Origin: Dehalococcoidia bacterium
Lineage (GTDB): Bacteria > Chloroflexota > Dehalococcoidia > Plut-88900
DNA length: 64,000 nt
Assembly (NCBI GenBank): GCA_965197645.1
Contig: OZ240219.1
Span: 160,001-224,000, forward strand
Reading direction: 5' to 3'
Below, piece after piece: positions 27,760 to 36,056 of the stretch. The notes under the pieces were generated by a model. The model saw nothing but the letters and a program-made list of their open reading frames with translations. It had not been told where the DNA came from and did not search any database. The translations under genes were made by a program, and so were the position numbers. Position 1 is the first letter of the stretch, and every line of letters begins with the position of its first letter.

Positions 27760-28968
27760 CTAGTCTCCGCGTTTGTCGGAGACCAGCACCCCGTCCTTGA
27801 AGACCATCTGTATCCCACGAAGGTTGGTGATGTCTTCTAGCGGGTTCTCGGTGACGACGACGAGATCGGCTATCTTGCCCACCTCGACGGTGCCCAGGTC
27901 AGCCCCGACGCCACAGGTCTCCGCGGCGCTGATGGTAGCCGCCTTGATGGTGTACATAGGCGTGGCCCCATCACGGACCCACAGCCCCATCTCCAGGTGA
28001 GGAGCGTCCTTGACCGGTCCCAGGTCCGAGCCCAGTGCCATCTTCACACCGGAGTCCATCGCCGTTCGGAACCAGCGGGCGTGCTCCTCCACGGCTGCAT
28101 CAGCCCGGTCCAGCAGGTCCTGGGTAATGCCCTTGTCCGCTAGATAGTTCTCCTCCCACTCGTTGGTTACCTGCTTGGGAGTGAGGTGGGAGATTCCCAG
28201 GGTTGGGACGTAGATCGTATCGTTGTCCAGCATCATACGGATGCACTCGTCGTCCATGATGTAGCCGTGCTCCACCGTCCAGGTGCCCAAGCGTACGGCA
28301 TCCTTGACGGCCTGGGGATTGGCGGCGTGGGACATCACCTTCATATCCCGGTCCTTGCAGATCTGGAAGGTGGCCTCCAACTCCTCGGGGAGGAAGAAGC
28401 TGTGCCAGTGCCGGTCCCAGTCCGGGCCCATGATCCCGCCACTGAGGTTTAGCTTGATATGGTCCACGCCGTTTTTGATCTGCTCTCGGACGGCGAGGAT
28501 GAACTCGTCGGGCCCGTCGACCATCTTGGAGAAGGGCTGCTTGGCGCAGTGGCCGGCGGTAGTAGTCAGGAAGTAGCCGGCGGCGTAGGTCCGGGGGCCC
28601 GCGTACTGGCTCGTTTCGAAGGCCCTCTTCCACGCCACGTCGATGAAGTTTTCCGTGCCTGCGCACCGTATTCCCGTGACTCCCCCCTCCAGCAACCCCT
28701 CCATTGCGTTCTGTCCATACGAAACGACCCGGGCCGACAGTCCGTCCGGCGGCGTGCTGGGAAACATCAGGTGAGTGTGTACGTCCCAGATGCCGGACAA
28801 CAGCCATGCCTCGTGGGCATCGATGACCTGGGCGCCCTCGGTATCGACCTTGTTGCCGTTGGTGGCCAGTTGGGCTATGCGCCCGTCCTCGATAAGAACG
28901 CTGGCGTCGGGTATCGGCTCATCGGATACCGAATCGATGAGGTGGAAGTTGGTGATTGCCGTCTTCAT
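27760..28968 (-). CDS. Amidohydrolase family 1 metal-dependent hydrolase (prolidase-like subgroup)
   Basis: DVHTH, IK, SHA, EHG, GSD, GKIADLV. Confidence 0.9.
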   Translation of the reverse strand: MKTAITNFHLIDSVSDEPIPDASVLIEDGRIAQLATNGNKVDTEGAQVIDAHEAWLLSGIWDVHTHLMFPSTPPDGLSARVVSYGQNAMEGLLEGGVTGIRCAGTENFIDVAWKRAFETSQYAGPRTYAAGYFLTTTAGHCAKQPFSKMVDGPDEFILAVREQIKNGVDHIKLNLSGGIMGPDWDRHWHSFFLPEELEATFQICKDRDMKVMSHAANPQAVKDAVRLGTWTVEHGYIMDDECIRMMLDNDTIYVPTLGISHLTPKQVTNEWEENYLADKGITQDLLDRADAAVEEHARWFRTAMDSGVKMALGSDLGPVKDAPHLEMGLWVRDGATPMYTIKAATISAAETCGVGADLGTVEVGKIADLVVVTENPLEDITNLRGIQMVFKDGVLVSDKRGD

Positions 28969-29149
28969 ATACTCCCTCTTCTACGGAGTCTCGGTGATTT
29001 CGGCCCCTATGTTAGTCTCTGCGGCTGTAGTATCGCAAGCTCAGCACTGGGCGCAAGCCCTAGGCCTGGGCCGAGCATGAGCCAACGTCCAGTCTAGGGG
29101 CTTGCCATCCCAATGAACATCGGCGCAATTTCCGGCCGGGACTGACGCT

Positions 29150-30367
29150 TCACTCTATCACCGTCACGTTTCTGTCCAGCTTGGACAGGACCTCGAGGCC
29201 CGTCTCGGTCATGAGAATGGTCTCGATGAAGCCGCCGCCGGTGCCGCCCTTCCAGGCCGGGTCCAGCACGGTGAACAGGTTTTCGTAGTTGGTGATCATG
29301 CCCGGGTCGTAGCTTGCGGCCTCAAAACCCACGTCCGAATCGATGAAGGTGTGTCCAACCCAGTCGGGCGGTATCGCGATGCCCATGTTGTAGCCGCTGA
29401 CGTATGCCACGTAGGGCCGCAGCCCCATCGAGTCCATGTACTCATCGGCCGCTTTCTGCGCCACCGACGTGGGATCACCCGGTCTTACCGCCTTGAACAC
29501 GTGATCGACGCTGCCGTAGGTCTTGTCCATCAGGCTGCGCCAGGGAGGCGACGGTTCCCCCAGGGAGAACAGCCGGCCCAAATCGGCGTGATATCGATGG
29601 TAGGAGCCGCAGTGGTTGATCCAGACCAGATCCCCCTGCTGGATCTTGCGGTGACTGGGCGCGCAGTGCCGGGCAGCGAAACGGGGCCCGGACCGCACGG
29701 CGGCCCGAATGGCCGGGTCTCCCCCACCCTCCTTCATCATCGCCTGTAGCACCACGCCGGCCAGCTCAATCTCGGTTACGCCGGGGCGGATGGCCTTCTC
29801 GACCTCTATCATAGCGGTATCGGCGATGGCTGCGGCCTTCTTCATCACCTCTATCTCTCGCTCCGACTTGATGAGCCGCACCCGGTCCACGGCCCACGAG
29901 CCATCTACCACGTCTGCGCCCGCATCGGCGAACTTCTGCTCTATCTCGGCCAGGACGACGCCACTGGGCGCCTTGCTCCACCTCTCCACTCCTACCCTGT
30001 CTTTGAGCCATCCCCGCCCCTTCAGAGCGCTCACTATCGTTTCAACGGGGGGGTTATCGGGATCGAAATACTCGGCATCGTCCGCGACGGCGTGCCACTC
30101 CACCGTCGGCCGGTGGTAGGACGCCTCGAAGAAGAGGATCTGGCCTGAGTCGGCGTGGAGGGCTAGGCTCACCGGGCTGGTCAGGTAGTACCAGATCATG
30201 TCGTAGCCGGTCAGGTATGTCAGGTTGGGCGGCGAGGAAACGAAGAGAAGATCGATCTCCCGCCGGGCCATCTCCTGCCGGACTTTCTCGACCCGCTGGC
30301 TGTACTCCGGCAGAGGAAAGGGCGGCCCCCAACCCTCTGCTTCCGCCTGAGCTCGGCCGTCTATCAT
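29150..30367 (-). CDS. M24/creatinase-family hydrolase (Xaa-Pro peptidase or ectoine hydrolase-like)
   Basis: YLTGY, RLIKSEREI, YHADLGR; canonical metal ligands partly replaced. Confidence 0.85.
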   Translation of the reverse strand: MIDGRAQAEAEGWGPPFPLPEYSQRVEKVRQEMARREIDLLFVSSPPNLTYLTGYDMIWYYLTSPVSLALHADSGQILFFEASYHRPTVEWHAVADDAEYFDPDNPPVETIVSALKGRGWLKDRVGVERWSKAPSGVVLAEIEQKFADAGADVVDGSWAVDRVRLIKSEREIEVMKKAAAIADTAMIEVEKAIRPGVTEIELAGVVLQAMMKEGGGDPAIRAAVRSGPRFAARHCAPSHRKIQQGDLVWINHCGSYHRYHADLGRLFSLGEPSPPWRSLMDKTYGSVDHVFKAVRPGDPTSVAQKAADEYMDSMGLRPYVAYVSGYNMGIAIPPDWVGHTFIDSDVGFEAASYDPGMITNYENLFTVLDPAWKGGTGGGFIETILMTETGLEVLSKLDRNVTVIE

Positions 30368-30390
30368 TTCGATAAGCTCCCCCTTGTTAG

Positions 30391-30532
30391 CAGGATGCTG
30401 GAAAACTTTTCCGATCATCTCTCTGTCCTCCTTCCTGACCGAGAAGAGGGAGGAAAAGGTATCTGAGGGACACCCTCAGACTCCCGGCAAAGGGGCTTCG
30501 CCCCTCTGCACACCCCAGGTTTCATCAGGCTG
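30391..30532. mobile_element. MITE, family A, with TTAG target-site duplication
   Basis: TTAG|CAGGATGCTGGAAA...TTTCATCAGGCTG|TTAG; interior homologous to 49706-49844 and 62353-62680. Confidence 0.75.
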
Positions 30533-30670
30533 TTAGAGTTAGTGCGCTGGAATTACGCCAACTCTAGACCAGCGCCTGGGTGGATGGCAAGGCGTTTTGG
30601 AGGCAAAAGAAAGGGCCCGCACTCACTGACGGCGGTGCAGGCCTTCGGTCTCAATCTAGTTGGAGTGGCC

Positions 30671-30859
30671 TCAGCCCGCTTCGTTCCTCTTGAGAAAGGC
30701 CGCCGCAATTATCGGGGCGAGTATGACTATGGCGAGGCCGATGATGATGGTGCCGGTGTTCCCCGCCAACGTGAAGATCACTCCCAGCGCACCGCCGACT
30801 ATCAGGACGAACACGCCGCTCAATATTGGGAGTCCGAAGATGGAAGTAAGCTTTTCCAT
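30671..30859 (-). CDS. Small two-TM membrane protein
   Basis: 62 aa, hydrophobic, followed by a hairpin and T-tract near 30606-30645. Confidence 0.7.
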   Translation of the reverse strand: MEKLTSIFGLPILSGVFVLIVGGALGVIFTLAGNTGTIIIGLAIVILAPIIAAAFLKRNEAG

Positions 30860-31011
30860 TTGGCACTCTACTCCGCTGATTCCGAGATGATGTGTAATTA
30901 TACCCAGACCTTTGGAAATGTCCAGAGCGGCACGCCGTGCCTGGATCGTTTCGCCAGAAGCGTTTACCTGGGGTCAGTACGGCGATAATCCGCTATAATC
31001 CACAGAAGAGG

Positions 31012-31086
31012 GCCAGCGTAGCTCAGGGGTAGAGCAGCGGTTTCGTAAACCGCAGGTCAAGGGTTCGAATCCCTTCGCTGGCTCCA
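31012..31086 (+). tRNA. tRNA-Thr(CGT)
   Basis: Full cloverleaf, anticodon loop TTCGTAA, TTCGAAT, encoded CCA; TATAAT at 30994-30999. Confidence 0.97.
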
Positions 31087-31095
31087 GGTTATTTC

Positions 31096-31626
31096 ATGCC
31101 GGAGGAACCAGCTCGGGGAGGCTCTCTTGAACCCGATTACAACCCGGATATCGATGGACGGAGCATAAGAATGCCCTCAATTGAAAATCACCCTACCAGT
31201 GTCCTCCCCCTAATCTTCGCGCGTGAGGCCGACCGCTTCACAAAGACGACATGGATGATCACGGGCGCGGGCTCGATCGCGCTGACAATCTTCGTACCTC
31301 TCACATGGGTAATTGGGTCCGTGGGAGCCATCCTTAGGACTCTCACGCTTGGGCTCTACGCCATCCTATACTCGTTACTGTGGATTCCTGTTTGGGGACT
31401 ATTGTTGGGAACGAGTTGGCTGTGGCTCCAATACTGGCCGTTGCGTCCTGTATTATTCATCCCCGGCATTGTGGGGGCTCTCGTGGGCCACCTTATCCTG
31501 ATGTGTGCACCCCGCGAGATGGACGTGGACGCGGTTCTGGTCAAGGTGTCCATGACGGAAGACTGGCCGTTGTCTTGGAAACTAGCTAAGGCCTATAAAC
31601 GCCAGTATAAGAGGGATGAGTATTGA
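31096..31626 (+). CDS. Hypothetical membrane protein
   Basis: Several hydrophobic Trp-rich segments; start uncertain (alternative 31171). Confidence 0.6.
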   Translation: MPEEPARGGSLEPDYNPDIDGRSIRMPSIENHPTSVLPLIFAREADRFTKTTWMITGAGSIALTIFVPLTWVIGSVGAILRTLTLGLYAILYSLLWIPVWGLLLGTSWLWLQYWPLRPVLFIPGIVGALVGHLILMCAPREMDVDAVLVKVSMTEDWPLSWKLAKAYKRQYKRDEY

Positions 31627-31777
31627 TGTAGAGGTCTACTGCTTCTACCAGGTTGGCCCGTGCCTCATCCACAGTGTCGCCACAGGTTGCGACAGCCAGT
31701 TCAGGACAACTAGCTGTATATTGTTCGTCTTCTCGCTCAATCACTTCGCTCACAACCACCATAGGCACGGGGTCCAT
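31586..31777 (-). pseudogene. HicB-family antitoxin N-terminal domain, probably truncated
   Basis: AGGAGG RBS; IEREDEQYTASCPELAVATCGDTVDEARANLVEAVDLY; tail overlaps the convergent gene. Confidence 0.75.
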
Positions 31778-32079
31778 GGTTGCTCCTCCTTTGGGTCGTT
31801 CTTTTCCTGTGACCTGCCGATTCACCGGAACAGTTCAGTTGATTATATCCCGCTGGTACAGGCACGTAAAATCCGCCGACAACCACATACGACCGCTCAC
31901 GACCTTTTAGACACAATGTGAGGGCTTAAGCCAGCGTGCTCCGGATGGTCCGCGCTGGCAGGATGCGGGTAAGAGGAATCGTCACGGCAATATTCTCGGT
32001 AAAGGCGTCTTACGTGATCTTTTCTGTCGCGTCCCAGGCATTGGCAACACCGCGTAGTCGGCTATAATTGGGAGACAGG

Positions 32080-32154
32080 GCCAGCGTAGCTCAGGGGTAG
32101 AGCAGCGGTTTTGTAAACCGCAGGTCAAGGGTTCGAATCCCTTCGCTGGCTCCA
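32080..32154 (+). tRNA. tRNA-Thr(TGT)
   Basis: Identical to 31012-31086 except at the wobble base; promoter TTGGCA-N16-TATAAT at 32041-32068. Confidence 0.97.
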
Positions 32155-32238
32155 TTCGCGACATCTAAGAACGACCGGCCAACCGGCCCGTCCCATAACC
32201 ATCAAAGGACAGCGTTCAAGCCTCGGTGCTAGCCGATC

Positions 32239-33219
32239 CTAGCTGAAGGCCGGCATGACCTCTTCCCGGAAGGCCTGGAAAGCCTCCAGGTCGAAGGGGG
32301 CCCGCATGGAGATGTTGAGGTGCCGGACGCCGGCATCCACGTAGGCCCCAATCTGGTCTATGACCTCGCTGGATGTGCCGGTGAGCATCCCGCCGGTTAG
32401 CTGGGTGAACTCCTCGGATGCATCGGCGTCGGCTCGTTCGTAGTGGCCGGCCTCTCCCAGCTTCCACACGTCCTCGAACTCCTGTCGCTTACGCCTGGCC
32501 GAAGTCTCGTCGGCGCCCATGTAAAAGCCGACGTCGATGCTGCGCTGGATCTCGGCCGGGTCCCGACCCTCGGTCTCACACCACCGGTCCAGCACCTGGG
32601 ACTTGTGCTTGTAGACCTGGGGAGAGACGTAGGTGACGTTCCAGCCGCCGGCATACTTGGCCACCATCCTGAGTATTCGCTTCTCGCCCACGCCGGCGAT
32701 CCACAGCCTGGGCGGATTCTGGATGGGCCTAGGGAAGCAGTAGGCCTTGTCAACCTGAAAGTGCTCGCCTTCGAAGGTGGTCTCTTCGTTCCGGAGCATG
32801 GACGAGATGATCTGGGCGGCCTCCTCGATCAGGTCCATGCGGGTCTTCATCGGCGGGTAGGTGTAACCGTAGGCGGTGTACTCCGATTGCCAGGGCCCGA
32901 ACCCGATGCCCAGCTCCAGCCGGCCGTTGCTGATGTGATCGATGGTCACGGCGGACTTGGCCAGTAGGGCCGGATTGCGAGTGCCTACGCAGAAGACCAA
33001 GCACCCGACCCGGACGTTCTTCGTCTCGGCGGCGAGGGCCGACATTATGGAGACGGCCTCGAAGCAGTCACCCCGGCCGTCGATAGTAGGGCTCTCGTAG
33101 AAGTGGTCCCACACCGAGACCCAGTAGAACCCCGATGAGTCGGCGACCTGCCAGAGCTTCCTCAGCTCCTCGTAGGTGCAGTGTTGGGGGCCGGCGTGCA
33201 GGCCTATCTTAAGGGCCAT
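32239..33219 (-). CDS. LLM class F420-dependent oxidoreductase
   Basis: WDHF, RNPALLAK, DHISNGRLELGIG, PRPIQNPP. Confidence 0.92.
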   Translation of the reverse strand: MALKIGLHAGPQHCTYEELRKLWQVADSSGFYWVSVWDHFYESPTIDGRGDCFEAVSIMSALAAETKNVRVGCLVFCVGTRNPALLAKSAVTIDHISNGRLELGIGFGPWQSEYTAYGYTYPPMKTRMDLIEEAAQIISSMLRNEETTFEGEHFQVDKAYCFPRPIQNPPRLWIAGVGEKRILRMVAKYAGGWNVTYVSPQVYKHKSQVLDRWCETEGRDPAEIQRSIDVGFYMGADETSARRKRQEFEDVWKLGEAGHYERADADASEEFTQLTGGMLTGTSSEVIDQIGAYVDAGVRHLNISMRAPFDLEAFQAFREEVMPAFS

Positions 33220-33245
33220 GGGTCACCTCCCAGACTCGGTCCGGA

Positions 33246-33680
33246 CTACTGGAAATCATCAAAGGAAACGTCTTTGACTTGCTGGGCGAAGACCCAGAAG
33301 TGGCCCTCTGGATCTCTCGCTCTGTAGGTGCGGGCGCCGTAGAACTGGTCCTTTAGCTCTTCCACTATCTCGGCGCCCGATTCCTTGGCGTGATCGTGAT
33401 GGGCATCCACGTCGTCGACGAAGACATAGCAGCTTTGGGTAGTCGTACCGTCCAGCGATTTGGGACTGGCCCAGCTGTCCATACCACCGGACGGCCCAAC
33501 CATGATGAGGCCATCGGCCACCTCCACTTCCGAGTGAACGATTCCCCCGTCAGGGCCGGGCACGGCGAAACGGACCTTGAAACCGAAGGCTTCCTGCAGC
33601 CACTCCAGGGCGGCCTTGGGGTCATCGTAGGCCAAAGCCGGAGTTATCCGGGGCATATTCTTAGGGGGGTTATCGACCAT
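33246..33680 (-). CDS. VOC/glyoxalase family protein
   Basis: AFGF, FVDDVDAH, YGARTYRARDPEGHFW. Confidence 0.92.
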   Translation of the reverse strand: MVDNPPKNMPRITPALAYDDPKAALEWLQEAFGFKVRFAVPGPDGGIVHSEVEVADGLIMVGPSGGMDSWASPKSLDGTTTQSCYVFVDDVDAHHDHAKESGAEIVEELKDQFYGARTYRARDPEGHFWVFAQQVKDVSFDDFQ

Positions 33681-33704
33681 GTCCTCTCTCCTCCGTACTC
33701 AAGG

Positions 33705-33902
33705 CTACAGCGCCTTCGCCCGTTCTCTCAGCTCGAACTTCTTTATTTTACCCGTCGAGGTCTTGGGCAGGGGCCCGAACACCACATTCTTGGGGGCCTT
33801 GAAGTGGGCCAGATTGTCGCGGCGCCACCTTATGATCTCTTCTACTGTGACCTTCCCGGCATCCGGGACCAAGTCCACGAAGGCGCAGGGGGTCTCGCCC
33901 AA
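33705..33902 (-). pseudogene. C-terminal fragment of an acyl-CoA synthetase (AMP-binding_C)
   Basis: GETPCAFV...LAHFKAPK...LPKTSTGKI; large N-terminal domain absent. Confidence 0.85.
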
Positions 33903-33958
33903 AGTCTATGGTCAGCTCCCAGGAGCCGAGGGAGCGCGGTCTGATGGAGCCGTTCATG

Positions 33959-34417
33959 CTATGGGATCGGTGGGTCTATCTGGCAGTCGTCCGTTAGTGT
34001 ATGGCCCCTTTCGTGGCCGGGTAAGTAGTCGTTGTAGTACATGGTGCAAAGTCCTGGTAGGTCTCTCTCACCTGCGAACCATTTCTTGAAGTTGTACGAG
34101 CGGCTATTGCTTGATGTGCCTTTTTCGATGTCCTTCAATTGCCTGTTCCTAGCCTGTACCTTGTGACACCCTCTTTCGTCTATGAGATTTTCGAGGCGGT
34201 TGCCCTCTCCACCCGATGAATGCGTCGGTCCGATGGCATCCCTGAGTTGCTCGAACTGTGGTTCACTCATGAAAATGACTAGCCTGTTCCCTCCCTCGGT
34301 ATCGAACGAAAGGCCGACATCGTAACCGTCAGGGTACGCTCTGGCATCGTCCCACCAGATGCTGATGTTTTTTGGGAACGTTGTGAACACATCCCCTTCT
34401 AAAATCTCAAGGTTCAT
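33959..34417 (-). CDS. Hypothetical protein (lower GC)
   Basis: AAGGAG RBS, 152-aa ORF, no recognised motif. Confidence 0.5.
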   Translation of the reverse strand: MNLEILEGDVFTTFPKNISIWWDDARAYPDGYDVGLSFDTEGGNRLVIFMSEPQFEQLRDAIGPTHSSGGEGNRLENLIDERGCHKVQARNRQLKDIEKGTSSNSRSYNFKKWFAGERDLPGLCTMYYNDYLPGHERGHTLTDDCQIDPPIP

Positions 34418-34433
34418 CCCTCGTCTCCTTCCC

Positions 34434-35129
34434 CTATTCGCCGTACCAGCCGGAGCCGAAGATCAGGCCGTCGTGCCGGATGAGCCACCAGTTCTTCAGC
34501 GTCTCCTCACCCGTGACGGGGTGCGGCCAAAGAAGCCCCTCTATCCACATCCCCTCCTCCGGGGCCTTCAGGCCTTCGATGCCGATCTCAAATCCATCGG
34601 ATGTGACGATGGTCCTGCTCTCCACTCCCAGCATATCCTTGTTCAACCCGTGCACCACGATGCGCTCATCAGCCCCTGATACGAACAGATACCATTCGCC
34701 ATGGACGCTGTCGCTGGAGTTGTAGTACTCAAAGGTCGCTTCCGCCCCTTCCCCTTCGTACATGGCGATGGCAGCGGCCACGTAGTCCTTGGTGTAGGCG
34801 GCGGGATCGATCACTCCACTGGACTCCGGCTCCGACGCGGGCATACCCTCCGTGCCGGCCACCCCGCTCTCCATTTCGACCATCATGCCGAAATCGATGA
34901 AGTATTCCTCCAGCAGGTCGGCCAGCTCAGCGAACCGGGCGTCCATGTAGGACATGTCCAGGTCGTCGGCCCGGGGGTAGTCCTGCATTGCGACGGCGTA
35001 CTCCAACTCGGCCTCGAGATCGCCCTTTTCGTTCCAAAGCAGACCCACCCAGACGCCGAGGCCTATGACCAGCATCACCAAGGCGGTGATCACGCTTCCA
35101 AGCAACAGTCCTTTGATCCTGTCCGTCAT
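34434..35129 (-). CDS. Membrane-anchored stand-alone single Cache domain protein
   Basis: N-terminal TM helix, acidic linker, WYLFV...HPVTGEETLK...DGLIFGSGWY. Confidence 0.75.
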   Translation of the reverse strand: MTDRIKGLLLGSVITALVMLVIGLGVWVGLLWNEKGDLEAELEYAVAMQDYPRADDLDMSYMDARFAELADLLEEYFIDFGMMVEMESGVAGTEGMPASEPESSGVIDPAAYTKDYVAAAIAMYEGEGAEATFEYYNSSDSVHGEWYLFVSGADERIVVHGLNKDMLGVESRTIVTSDGFEIGIEGLKAPEEGMWIEGLLWPHPVTGEETLKNWWLIRHDGLIFGSGWYGE

Positions 35130-35149
35130 TACTCGTCTCCTTTCATTTC

Positions 35150-35278
35150 TTAGTACGGGTTGGGCATTAACCCCGTTTCGGAGCTATCGAAGTAACCCCA
35201 GACGCCGGCTATGGCTATCAGACCGATGATGACGGAGGCTGCCACCAGCAATTTCCAAACCGGCCCTTTTTCCTGTAT
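35150..35278 (-). CDS. Possible 42-aa single-TM peptide with ATA start
   Basis: AAGGAGAGG then ATA; IQEKGPVWKLLVAASVIIGLIAIAGVWGYFDSSETGLMPNPY*. Confidence 0.4.
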   Translation of the reverse strand: MQEKGPVWKLLVAASVIIGLIAIAGVWGYFDSSETGLMPNPY

Positions 35279-35627
35279 CGGTACCTCTCCTTATAACCGG
35301 GTCACGTTGACGAAACTCATTGACCTGGACCATCGACCGTTACTTGCCGCCCGTTGCGGCCAGGATGACCCAGACGATGAGCCGGATGCCCATCGTCAGC
35401 AGGCTGAGGATCGGATGTGGATTCCTACGGCATGTCCTACCCGCCCGGATGTCTGGCTGCCGGGCAGTATTCTACATGAGCCTGAAGGACCGTCACAAGC
35501 TAAAGACTCTTTACACCCATACACAATTGACATACCATTAGCACCGTCCCACGGAGAAGCGGGCCTGGCTATAATCCCGCTTTCTTTCTAAGCTCAAGCA
35601 TCCTCGACAGCTCCAAGGAGGTGGACC

Positions 35628-36038
35628 TTGGCGGAATACGGTAAACCGTTGCCTCAGGCAACGCCCGAGACCCAGCAGTACTGGGACGGCCTGAAGGAGC
35701 ACAAGCTGATGATCCAGCGTTGCCTGGATTGCGACAAGCCCTACTTCTACCCCCGGGTGTTCTGTCCCAACTGCTTTTCCAAGAACGTGGAGTGGTTCCA
35801 GGCCAGCGGCAAGGGCACCCTCTACTCCTTCGTTATCAACCAGCGCCCTGCCCCCGGGTTCCAGGACGACGGGCCCTACGTTCTCGCAGTTGTACAGCTG
35901 GACGAGGGGCCCAGGATGTTCAGCAACCTCATCGGCATCGATCCCGACCCGGAGCAGATCAGTTGCGATATGCCGGTGGAGATCGACTACGACGACGTGA
36001 CCGAAGAGGTGACCCTACCCAAATTCAAGCCGGCCTAG
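35628..36038 (+). CDS. Zn-ribbon/OB-fold protein (DUF35, ChsH2-like)
   Basis: QRCLDC...PRVFCPNC, GTLYSF, LDEGPRM. Confidence 0.92.
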   Translation: MAEYGKPLPQATPETQQYWDGLKEHKLMIQRCLDCDKPYFYPRVFCPNCFSKNVEWFQASGKGTLYSFVINQRPAPGFQDDGPYVLAVVQLDEGPRMFSNLIGIDPDPEQISCDMPVEIDYDDVTEEVTLPKFKPA

Positions 36039-36056
36039 CCTACAAAGGAGTTAAAG

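Noticed and set aside
31087-32079. Intact integrative element between the tRNAs
   Set aside because: No integrase, only about 1 kb, and both tRNAs are complete with their own promoters.
31982-32164. 60-aa minus-strand ORF, and the ORFs at 54312-54662
   Set aside because: They overlap tRNA genes and are spurious translations.
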